A DNA stretch of 64,000 bases, taken from assembly GCA_904063045.1 (NCBI GenBank), contig CAJFCJ010000013.1, positions 1,284,156 through 1,348,155 on the forward strand, in the 5' to 3' direction. This document shows positions 27,419 to 38,792 of the stretch, piece after piece (position 1 is the stretch's first letter; the number at the start of each line of letters is the position of its first letter). The translations under genes were made by a program, and so were the position numbers. The notes under the pieces are model-generated. The model was given only the letters and a program-made list of their open reading frames with translations, was not told where the DNA came from and ran no database searches. The stretch is from Dimorphilus gyrociliatus. Lineage: Eukaryota > Animalia > Annelida.

Positions 27419-28471
27419 ATGGAACCTAACAAGAGTATCGACTTTACTGACAAACCAACATTTACAAAATTCAATCAAATTCTACATATCTATTATTTAC
27501 CTTTCGTTATAGGTTTTGGAATTTTTGGAAATATTCTTTCAATATTTATTTTTCTACTTACTTCTCTTCGAAACTACTCTTCAAGCGTCTATTTAATCGC
27601 TTTAGCGTTCTCTGACATATTGTTCTTGGTAGTTTTAATATTAAGTTGGCTACAATGGATTTCTATTAATCCAGTTAGCAATGTAGTGGCTTGCAGAATC
27701 TTTTCATACGTTTCTCACGTATCAGCGGCTCTATCTGTATGGTTTGTACTTGCCGTGACCGTCGAAAGATATATAGCCGTGTTTATTCCTCTTCATAAGA
27801 ACGTTTGGTGTACAACGAAGAGAGCTAGTAAAGTTGTTCTGTGTATCATTATCTTTGCCCTTTTGGCTTATCTCATTCAACCGATTGCAACTAGTGTTCA
27901 ACGCCGTTATCTGACAAACAGCAGCACAAATTTTACACTGACCTGTGAACCTCTATTTGATTGGCGTTACTCTCTTACAATTTTTGCGAATGTTGATACA
28001 TTTTTTACTTTCATAGCTCCATGTCTTATCATCTTATTAGCTAATATTCGAATGAGCATGAGAATCTGGGAATCGGTAAAAGCAAGGCAGGATTTAACTG
28101 GTGAAACAGTACAAATTCCAGAGTCGAGGATAACTATTGTCTTATCCATTATCTCAATGGCTTTTGTTCTCCTGAACGCTCCAGCACATTGTTTTAAAGC
28201 AAAAGCTATTATCGATGTTGTTGTCAAAGGCAATAGTTCGCAAACTCAGCTTATTCTCGATTTACAAACTTTAGCAAATATCATTTATTACTCTAGTCAT
28301 TCTATTAATTTTGTTTTATATTTCTTCTGCGGTACTACATTTCGACAGAACTTGATCAAATTTTGTAAAGAATGGAGGAAAAATGTTTCAGTTACTAGCC
28401 AAAGGACAACGGTGAGTACGAGAGCTAGAACTGTTGAAGGAGAAATTGAAGCAGAACTTCAACTTTTATAA
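27419..28471 (+). CDS. Intronless class A GPCR, peptide-receptor type (FMRFamide/MIP-receptor-like invertebrate clade)
   Basis: Seven hydrophobic segments with GN in TM1, LAFSD in TM2, a Cys at the top of TM3, the ERY motif, FVLLNAP in TM6 and NFVLY in TM7. Ligand cannot be assigned. Confidence 0.88.
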   Translation: MEPNKSIDFTDKPTFTKFNQILHIYYLPFVIGFGIFGNILSIFIFLLTSLRNYSSSVYLIALAFSDILFLVVLILSWLQWISINPVSNVVACRIFSYVSHVSAALSVWFVLAVTVERYIAVFIPLHKNVWCTTKRASKVVLCIIIFALLAYLIQPIATSVQRRYLTNSSTNFTLTCEPLFDWRYSLTIFANVDTFFTFIAPCLIILLANIRMSMRIWESVKARQDLTGETVQIPESRITIVLSIISMAFVLLNAPAHCFKAKAIIDVVVKGNSSQTQLILDLQTLANIIYYSSHSINFVLYFFCGTTFRQNLIKFCKEWRKNVSVTSQRTTVSTRARTVEGEIEAELQLL

Positions 28472-29730
28472 AAATGATACAGTTGAAAAGAAATAAGAAA
28501 AAAGACACTGAAAAGTATTAAATGTATAAATTAAATAATAAAGTATTATTCACTGGAAAGCTACGCATTTATTAACAATTTTACTCAAATTAAGCTTTTT
28601 ATCTATTTATTTCATCTATCAATTTCTTCCGGATTTTTTTAAATTGGAAACTGATAAAAAGAAAAGCATAGTACTCAAGTTTTTCTACCCTCTATCTTCC
28701 CTTTCTCATACCATTCCTATTTGACCGCTGATTCGAAGAAACAGTCGGATTTGGCAGGTTCAATTAAAAGAGAACATGACTCGACTTGTGAGAAATAATT
28801 ATGGCCAATTCTTTTTTATCTTCTCCTTCCTAAAAGTTATAGAAGGGAGAAAAAATCGCTTCCGTCTTTACCATTTTACTCTTCAAAATGCTAGTCCTCC
28901 TGCAATTGAAGAAAATTTAATAATAAAAAAAAGATAAAAAACTTTACTTGAACGCTTTTTATAACTTTTTATCATTAAGAATTAATTCAAATATATACAA
29001 TTGTATAAGCGACTGTATAAACGAAAGAAGAAACTTCTCTTCAAAATCTTTCATTAACTCTTTTCTCTCTCTCTCTCTCTCTCTCATATACACTATCTTT
29101 CCTTCTTAAATTTTCTCTCTTTTCATCTCTGTATATTTCTTTTTTTCAAAAATCTTCTTATTGTCGTAATACTCTTAGGAAACTACAGTTTGACCATATT
29201 CCTTGTTCGTGGAGTCTGTCAAGTGTCATTTATTATCCACGTTTTACTTAATTAGATGCATGGTAGACTATTTTATAAACTATATATATATATATACTAT
29301 ATCTATCTATACTGTATATAGTACTATATATGCTCTAGTTTTATTCCTTTATTTATATAATGTTGTCTCATTAAAGCTTTTGGCTTGGAATAGCTTACTG
29401 CTCATATTTTTTGTAAAAGTTTTTATATTATATAAATAAACAATTTTTCTCGCAGTCACGTTATCATGCAATCGATTCTCTAGGCCTATTTACCAAGATT
29501 TGCTTAAGGACGAGTTACGGCTTGACTATGACAACTGGATTAGTACAAAAGCATTGCTTCTTTACAATTCTAAATATTTCTAGTTGACGGTGTAAACTAC
29601 GTTGTGGAATTGTTTATTGCAATTTCATTAACTTTTTTTATGAAGGCATTCATGACAAACATTCGTTTGATGTTGGATCGAAAGCGTTTAATTTAATAAA
29701 ATTTTGGAATTACATTTAGGAAATCGGAGT

Positions 29731-32700
29731 ATGTTTAAGAAGAGGAAATCGAGACCAAGTTCAGCCAAGAGCGAAACTTCTATTGAAGAATCTGTACGCT
29801 CTTCCTTGCCTCTGCCAACGAAGAGCGGGCGTCCCCTTTCGTCTCATTTTCAAAATCTTATTCGGTCACCCTTCTCGTCGAAGAGACGACAACTCCCCGT
29901 TCCACAAGTTGATGTTCCAAAAACTGCTCCAATAACGACAACAGCGGCTGTTACAAATTCTACACAAATTATAACCCCCTCTGACGAACTGCAGAGAAGG
30001 AGTAGAATACCTGTTGCTAAAACGGCTACCAACAGACCTAGGAGTCTACCAAATGTAGATCAAATAGGAGTCAGAGTATCGAATATATCAGCATTTGACG
30101 GACCACCAACGCCTCCAAAATTACAAAATCTGTTGGAAAACGAGTGGAAAGTAAAAAACATACAAGAATGGAATATAGAAGACGTCGTTAATTGGTGCTT
30201 GGCTACAGGACAAATTGGAGCTGTTACTTCTGTCAGAGGTAAAATAGAGAAAAAAAAGAAGCAAGTTTGTCTCGTTTGTCAAGTATTTCAACCTCTCCTT
30301 TTTCTCTTGCAGAAAGCAAAGTCAACGGCGCATTGTTATTAAATCTAAAGCGAGAAGAATTATGTAAGTAGGACTATTGTACATACTGTTTAAATAAAAC
30401 GTTAATCATTTAGTAGCAAGTTGCAAAATTAAGATGATAAATTCCAGAAAGTTTAATAAAAACCAATCTTTAAGCAAAACGTAGCGCATGACAAATAGAT
30501 ATTTTGTAAACTGAGATTATACCTCCCATTTTCAGGCCAATTAGGGATAAGCCTTGCTGGATTATCAGCTTTAAAGCATCGCCATTCAGTAAAAAAGTCT
30601 TTTGATTCTCTATCGAACGAAGACAACTTAGAAATATCTGGCTCCCTCATACAAAATCGTTTATCGGATTTACGTAAAGCTTCAGAGGATCAGGATAAGA
30701 GGATTAACGCTTCTCTTACAGAACTACAAGAAGAGAGGCGTAAAGCCGATGATCTTTTACAAGATTTTCAACCATACGACGTGTTTGCCTCACCAAGTTT
30801 CGGCAACAAAAACATCGAACACTTTCCAAGCCCCAATAAGAGTGATGACGATTTAAAATTCAGAGTACCGTTTTACATCTTAAACAATAAAATATACATT
30901 TATCAATTCTTACATAAAAAATATCGCTCTTCAGGGAAAACCCCTATCAAATTGGACTCGTCAAGATGTAAATAACTGGTTAGGATCGATCAAACTTGAA
31001 AAATTTTCACCGAATTTCCGTTGTAAGTAAAATCAAAGAAATATAAAGCATATAAATAACAAAGAATTCGAAATATCAACATGTTTAAGTCAACCCTATA
31101 TTAAAATAATGACTCTAATTTCAGCTATTTCCGTTAAAGAATTACCATTGATTGATGGAAAGGCATTAGGTAACAAAGAAACTATTTAATGAACATATAC
31201 TGTATACGGTATATGTATATATATCTATATAAAGATGTTTAACTATCTAAATTTCCCGATTAGATAAGATGAATATTAAAATTTTATCTTACCGAGAAAA
31301 AATATTAGTTGAGTTAAGTAAATTAAAGCATTTAAATGGCCTCGACAAGAAAATGATAGAAGAGGGGGTGGAGGAGGAGGTGGGGGCGGCGGAAGAGATA
31401 ATAACGAAAGAGGGGGTGGAGGAAGAGGAGGCACAGAAGAATGAGGAGGAAGAGGAGGAAGAGGACGCGGAGGGGGGAGAGGAAGAAGTTGAAGAAGAAG
31501 TAGAAGCAGAAGAAGAAGAAGAAGAAGAAGAAGAAATAGTAGGAGTAAAAAGGATAGTTCAGGGAAAATACATGGAAAAGGGAAGTCTAAAAAAATCCTT
31601 CAGGCCAATGAACTGGGTGGAAATTTGGCATGATTTTGGTGATAATAGTAAGTACAATAAATTTGTATAGATTTTTCTTCCCATACATCCTTCTTCTGTT
31701 ATAAAAAGAAAGAAATCTTTTTAAATTAAGTAAATGAAAGAGAAAATATAGGATTATGGAATACTTTTAATAGACGTATAAGTCCCTTTCATAGTTCCAA
31801 CAGGATCGTTATGCGCTGAAAAATTTGCTTCATTAGAAGATACTACTGCTAAGGAAATTGTAAACAATCTCCTTAATAAACACAACGTTACGCATGATTT
31901 CAATTTATTCTATCTTTCCGAATGGTTCGTAGAAGGAGCTCGTCAAGGAGCTCATCGCGAATTAAATCCCAGCGAATCTCCCTACAAGATACAAAAAGAA
32001 TGGGGAAGAAATTCCAAGAATCGCTTCCTATTACGTCACAAAAATGGTGCAAGCGTCAAAATTATTAACAAAATTGAAGGAGAAAAATCTAGAGGGAAAC
32101 AATTCAGCGTCTCTTTTGTATCAACTTGTAAAGATGTTATTATGACGGCATTAAGGAAATTTAAGATTGATACAAAGAATAGCGAAGATTACGTTCTAAT
32201 ACAGATTGACAAAGAAAAATCAGTATATTCTTTGGTAAAAAATGACGAAATAGTATTAGATTTGGAGAACGATTCATTCTACTTGTGCGATAAATCAACA
32301 GCTTCGAACCTCTTAGCCAAAGCGTCTAAAAGTTTTTTACCTTCGCCAGTCAGACGATCAAAATTACATACTGTTGAAGTTCAAATGGCTAATATCGAAG
32401 CGTCTATTTTGGATTGTACGTAGTAAAAATAGTAACGCCTATTTCTATATGTACCTATAATGTAATTAACTTTTTTTTAAAACATTAATAAAGGCGATAA
32501 GCCATTAAAGAGGACATCTTCAAAAAGATTTAGGCCGTCAACCGCTGAACCCCAATTACCTAATAAAAGATCGATTACACCAATATTCATGGAGAGAACC
32601 AGTACCCCAATTAATTCTGGACGAACCACACCGCGACTTAATCAAACAGCTGACGACCACTTGGAAGTAAGTATTTGTTTGCGATTTAAACAAAACATTT

Positions 32701-34003
32701 GAACAAAGACCATTCACGAATTTGTTCTAAGTCGCTAGGTTAATATTTGTTAATCTTAATAGGAGGAATTCGATTCTTTACAGATTTTAAGGGAAATTGA
32801 ACTGTTAAAAGAAAGTATTAAGGAACGAGATAAAAATATGCTTGTGCTTAAGGAAGAAAATTCTAGATTGTTCTCAAAAGCTGAGGAAGTTGTCCGGGTG
32901 GAAAGAGCTCTTAATGCTTTACAAGACGAATTTGATAAACAGCAACGTACTTTCGTTAACGAAAATGCGACATGTAAAAATTGCATTGAACAAAGTAAAA
33001 CAAACTATTTTCTTTTAATTTTGTCAATAAAATTCTTTTAACAATGTTTGTCATTTTCAAAAAAAACGAAAACAAACAAAAACCACAATCGAATAGGTAA
33101 AATTGAACGAAAGATAATTGAACTGGAGAGGCAATTGAAGCATGTTTTACTAAGAATCGATAGGAAGAAGCGTAACTCCCTAAATCTTGGAGGCCATAAC
33201 GACAACGATTATAAAGTTTTAAGACAAGCTGAAGGAATGATACTTGTAGACTTGGAAAACGCTAAAAAAGAACTCAATTTATTAGAGGTAGGCCAAAAAA
33301 ATTCGCAAGCTTTTAACCTTATTCTCAGTAAATTTTTAGGTTAAACAAGAAGGTCCCCGACTGGAAAATGTCCTAGAAGAGAGAAAGATAATAGAAATTG
33401 TGAATCTGGATACAAGTTGTGGTTTACAATTTATGTATGGAAGAGAATCTAATCATCATCTTATAGTACATCATGCTCATCCAGATAGCAATTTAGCTAA
33501 AAATGACCTGTTTGTATATAGGCTCTAATTTTCTCTTTCTTTCTTAAAAAAACATAGTTTTAAATATCTTTCTTTTATTTAATTATTAATTAGAATACTG
33601 AAGATTAATGACAAATGGATTTGTACAATGAAAGATGAAGACTTAAGAAACAGTATGAAATCTAAAAACTTGCAATTAGTCATTTTACGCAGACAAGATA
33701 TTTCTGAGACGGATTTAGATGATCTTAGAGAAGATTTATCAATGGCTCTTATTGAATTGGAATCTGTATCAAACGAGAATAAAGAATTATCAACAAAAAT
33801 TATAAAAGTTGAGGAAGAGAAAGATAAAATGGAATTTGAGATTCGAACGTTAAAGCATAAATTAAAAAAGTTCGAAGAGGGTAGCGCTTTTGAGATTGAT
33901 ATCGTTTCAGGTAACTTGAATAAGAAACTTTCTTATCTCTTATCTTGTTCCAATGTATTATTTACTTATATTTACAGGTTCTAGCGTTGAAAGTGCAATA
34001 TAA
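29731..34003 (+). CDS. Multi-exon scaffold: SAM-coiled coil-SAM-acidic tract-RA-RA-coiled coil-PDZ-coiled coil
   Basis: About 13 in-phase exons. SAM1 is EWNIEDVVNWC...VNGALLLNLKREELCQLGI and SAM2 is NWTRQDVNNWLGSIKLEKFSPNF. There are two afadin-like RA domains, a degenerate PDZ (CGLQF...ILKINDK), and a C-terminus SSVESAI*. An upstream exon is possible. Confidence 0.72.
31360..31540 (+). repeat. GAA/GAG-rich tract encoding a poly-Glu segment within the SAM/RA scaffold exon
   Basis: EEGVEEEVGAAEE...EEEEEEEEE lies in an open frame that ends at a GTAAGT donor after 31647, in phase with the next RA exon. Confidence 0.65.
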
Positions 34004-34546
34004 CAAGTACTGTTGAGAAATAAAATACGGTGCTAAATTTACTAGCAAATAATAATTTACTGCTGTCGAATAGTTTCTATTATTTTTATAAAATATATTT
34101 TAAAAAATTCATAAATGCCAATTTTCTTTCGATGGTGTATGGTTTCCTGTTTATTATGCTCCATGGAACTGGTACCCATACTTGATAAGAGATATTTCAA
34201 ATGATCAAATCATGAGATACCATAAAAGTACTCAATAAAAAAATTTAGATAAATAAATTGCTATTATTATAATATTTTCTTTACAAAATAAAAGACTGTG
34301 GCTCATATATCTTGACTCTTTTTGTCTCAAAGAGAAAAATCTGACACCTGGTTATTTTTAAATTGCTTTCAGGATAAGGGTTGCGGGACAATAACCAGTC
34401 TATCTTAATGCCAGCTTCCTGTCTTCCTTTACAGTATTACCCTCGTGCATTACAATACGTGGAGTGACAAAATTCAACTACTGCCTTCTAGGCTCTGTTG
34501 TTACAAGCTGCGCCTAATTGATTAATTATTCGTTTTAGTATTCGAA

Positions 34547-36827
34547 ATGGGCTCCGAAACGAACTCAGTAATGTAAGTTCTCATACCTTTCAAAAATATT
34601 CTCGAATGTTTCCCAAGAATTTCCGTTGAAAACTTTGAATTCGTAATAAATACACATTTTACTAGCTTTTCTACTAATGCTTTCTTTTACATTACAGTCT
34701 AGTGTGTGGAGACGTTAAAGGAAAATTTAACGCTCTCTATAATAAAGCGAAATCTACGGTTGAAAAATTTAAAAATGTCAAGGCATTGTTTTGTATAGGC
34801 GAATTTTTTGGTGAGAATAATGAGGAATGGGACCCTTTTCGTAAAGGAGAAAAGAGATGTAAGTATATTAATGAATAAGTGATAAATTTCTTTCAAAGTT
34901 CACTTGTCACCTTTCATAAGTTCCATGTTCTATCTACGTTACTGGACCATGTTCACCAGAAACTGCAGCCCATTTCGACAAGATAGATGTAAAAGGTGGT
35001 GGTAATTTGGCTGAAAATGTTTTCTTCTTAGGTAAAACGATTTTTTTTTAAAGAACTAGTTTAAGGACTGATTATTTACCAGGTCGCCGAGGTGTTCTTT
35101 CATTGAGTGGTGGATTGAGAGTCATGTATTTGTCCGGACTACAATCAAAAGACGATACTGACCAAACTTGGACTTTCGCCAGAAGGGATTATAACTACCT
35201 ATCCGAGCTCAAGCAATGTGACGTTTTGTTAACGTCCCAATGGCCTTATGATGTGTACAAGAAAGCAGATAAAAAGCCTAATCTTAGTGATGATGTAATA
35301 AAAGGGCATTGTAAAACTATATCTGTCCTTGCCCAGATCAATCAACCTCGCTATCATTTCTCTGCTCTTCATGACACTTTTTACCAACCACCTCCTTACA
35401 GGTTATTTAGTTTATTTCTTCAAATTAACCCTTTTGATAAAATTTAAAAACAGGAATTCAAAAGGAAATGTGACAAGATTCATTAGCCTGGCCAATGTTG
35501 GGAAAAAGTCTGAAAAGGTTGTTTCTTATTAACTAAAGATAGAATTATAGTAAAACATTGTATTTTTCTCATTAGTGGATGTACGCTGTGTCACTAACTC
35601 CTGTTTGGAGATTGAGCAAAGAAGAATTTCGTAAAGAACCAGCGGGAACTACAGAAACACCTTATACTGGCCCTGAAATGACTAAGTTTGCAGCTGCTCT
35701 TGGCTATAGAGAGGTGGATCTTTCTTCTAGAAGCCAATTTCGCTTATTGCCATTTATTTTCGCAGCCTCCAAAACGGGCACTGCAGAAGGCCGATGATTC
35801 GAGGCAGTATTTCTATGATACTCCAAGTCAGCCAACTAAAACCAAAAGGAAACACTCAGAAATATCTAAAGAGCCTGATAATGAAGTCATACCAAAAATG
35901 CCTTGTAAGTTTTAACTTATGATTTTATTTCGCCAAAAATTGCTCTTCTTTAATAGATAAGCTATCTGGAGGAGATTGTTGGTTTTGTTTATCAAGTCCA
36001 AACGTCGAAAAACATTTGATTTATAACATTGGAACGAATGCTTATGCAGCATTAGCAAAAGGTCCCTTAATTGCCTTCCATTCTCTTATTCTTCCTGTCG
36101 AGCACCTGTCTTCATCTTTGAGCCTTGATGAGGACACATTCACCGAAATTGAAGGGTAAATTGTCAATAATTTTCATTTTCGCCTCCCTACTGTTTTTTC
36201 ATTTCAAATAGATATAAGGTGAAGATAAGAGCCATGTTTGATTCTATGAACTTTTCGGTTGTATTTTTTGAAAGAAATTATAGAACGCCCCACATGCAAC
36301 TTCAGGTTTGAACATATACATCATTACCTATATTACATTAAATATGATGAATCTCAGGTATTTCCCATTCCAAAAAATGTTGGACCGAACTTTGCTAATA
36401 CTCTGAAGAAACACGCTACTATTAACGGTTTTTCGTTCAAATCCTATGATAGTGCTACTACTCACTTGAAAAGCGTAAATTAAATTTTGATTGTTGAAGC
36501 TCTTTTTTACTTATCTCACTCTCTTTAGGTTATATCACCGGAATGTATCGGCTATTTATACTTCGAAGATAGTGAAGGACAAATACACATCTGTCAATTG
36601 GACAAACAAATCGGAAATAGAGTGATTTTGAGCTTTGGAAGGTAAAGTAAAAATTAATATATCTTGTCTTATTATTAATTTGTGTTTCTTTATAAAGACG
36701 GGTACTAGCAGATGTCGATTTATTGAATGTACCAGATAGAGTAGATTGGAGATCTGAAAGTTGTGCAATGACGACAGAAGCTCAAATCGCAATGGCTTCA
36801 AAGCTAAAAAAGAATTTTCCAAGCTGA
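34547..36827 (+). CDS. CWF19L1: CWF19-like protein 1 (metallophosphoesterase-like plus CwfJ domains)
   Basis: ILVCGDVKGKF...LFCIGEFFG, DVLLTSQWP, PRYHF, TRFISLANVG, CWFCLSSPNVEKHLI, YAALAKGPL...HSLILPVEH and DWR. Many short GT-AG introns. Confidence 0.92.
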
Positions 36828-36911
36828 ACCTCATTTTTTGTTTATTTTTGTATGTTTAAATATTTCATTTTTGAATAGAAAACTTTATAAAAAACAATTT
36901 TCTTTATAAAT

Positions 36912-37820
36912 CTACAGCAAGCTATAGCACATATCGGATGTATGCTCCTTGTCGATAAATATTAGATCTTCATCTGTACCAAAACTTGTTCGACATTCTT
37001 CGAAAACCTTGAATGTACAACAGCATAAATCTGAAGACGAAAACGTTTATATTTAAATAAACTTTGAAAACTATGTACTAACCAGTACTCTTGGCTGGAT
37101 TTGAATAATATATTATTTCTTTTTGTTTATGGAATCCTCGAACAACTATAAAATGGCCTAAGAAGTAAAAAGTTCAAAATTATTTGCTTTAAAACTAAGA
37201 AGGCAAACTAACCCTGATATCCTTTCATACATGGTGCCAGGCATATACTTGAAAGAATGTCCAAATTATGACATTGTAAACATTTCAAGTTACTTGAATC
37301 AATTAGAGCAATAATAGGCAGATTTTTAGTTAAATGTTCTATTATTTCTGATAGTGTAACGTGCCGTTTTTCGACACCAAGACCACCTTCAACGGCATTT
37401 GATATACTGGAATTAATCCGACATTCATCCTTTCTAAATGCCTCGGTATAAAAGCTCATCGACTTATAATCCTTATTAGCTCCAAGTGTTATCGTGGCAA
37501 AACGGCAAGGGATATTATATGCCCTTAATAAACGAAACAAATCAATGGTCCATACGCTAGTGTGAATAGACAAGGCTTTTTTCTTTTCATTGAAATCTTT
37601 CCTATACGGAATTGAATAATATCTGGAATATAAATTTTGCAATTTAAATGAAATATTTCTAGCTAGTCAAAAATCTCACTGAAAAATCATTTTCACACTT
37701 GCTAAACCACAGTCCCAGCTCCATTCTTGCTCTTGATGAGGAACATCAATAAGTATTTGGTCAGCTGTGGATTGTTAAAAATGTTTATTCTAAATTATAT
37801 TAAATATATCAGTTACCCAT
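36912..37820 (-). CDS. GUCD1: GUCD1 (C22orf13) family protein
   Basis: VPHQEQEWSWDCGLASVKM, SVWTIDL, LGANKDY, YQGHFIVVRGF...YSNPA and RTSFGTDEDLIFI. The start exon (ATG G|) is provisional. Confidence 0.88.
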
Positions 37821-37943
37821 AGTCAAAGTGGGAAAGATTCACATCACCAATTTAAGATACATTTTTAGCAGAAAGTAAAGTCTACACTGGTTAAATTATA
37901 GTATTCAGATCTTAATAATAGAAAGTTTAAACTGAAAGAATAC

Positions 37944-38447
37944 GTAATATGGAACTGATTAGAATAAGATAAACGGGTCTATCTAAAAACCAGCCACAAC
38001 CAGCTCCATTTGTCTTCTTTATTTTATTTATTCTCTAGAAATGATATAATGTAATTTTTCGTGTTTGTATAAATAATACGGTACTCTCAACAGGATGTCT
38101 GTGAAATATATTGAATTTCCAATTTCTAGGCATATCCCTCCCTCTGAAGCTCCATCTATAGGTAGACGTATTTGAAGTATTGTGAAATGACCGTTTTTTA
38201 AAGGTTACATTTCAAAAAAGTATACTATCTTCCTCCAGCTGTCCAAGAAGTTACAATAGTAATCTTTTGAAATATAATAATTTATTTTCTAAGAAGTCAT
38301 AAATTCAAAATCGTCGATAGAATTCTTTTTAGCTGATCCCTATTACTTGTACAAAAAACTATGCAATCAAATCTTTAAACTTTTCAGAGCCTTTATAAAT
38401 ATAATAACAAAGAATATAGATGATAGATTTCTTAACACATTCTGCAT
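37944..38447 (-). CDS. Candidate small 4-exon gene or 5' extension of GUCD1
   Basis: Phase-compatible exons give MQNVLRNLSSIFFVIIFIKALK|NYYCNFLDSWRKIVYFFE|IWSFRGRDMPRNWKFNIFHRHPVEST|RINKIKKTNGAGCGWFLDRPVYLILISSIL, with introns of about 110, 53 and 45 nt. No family recognised. Confidence 0.3.
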
Positions 38448-38792
38448 TATTATTGACGTATTTCTTCAAAAATGAATATGATTAAGTTGTATGTATCTTC
38501 AAATTTTAGTCACCTACATTTGCTGAGAAGTGTCAACTTTTTGCAACTAATAAAGTATGTGATAATCGCAATATAAGCTATATAAAAATATGATTCTAAG
38601 CTTTGAAATGATGAAAAGGGAGAAAGTTTTACTGTTGAAGAAGTTTTTTTGGCGTTTTTAGACTAATAATTAAAAAATCGATTTATTATTATCGATCGAT
38701 AAAAATCGATTATTTCGATTATTAATCTAACCCCTGTCATTTCAGAGCACGTGATTTGATGAAACGCATACTGAAATTTTCAAAATTACGAA

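Noticed and set aside
34110-34510. Relatively GC-rich, coding-looking frames between the SAM/RA gene and CWF19L1
   Set aside because: Frames on both strands lack a start or hit stops after any plausible splice. No tRNA or snRNA signature. Left unexplained.
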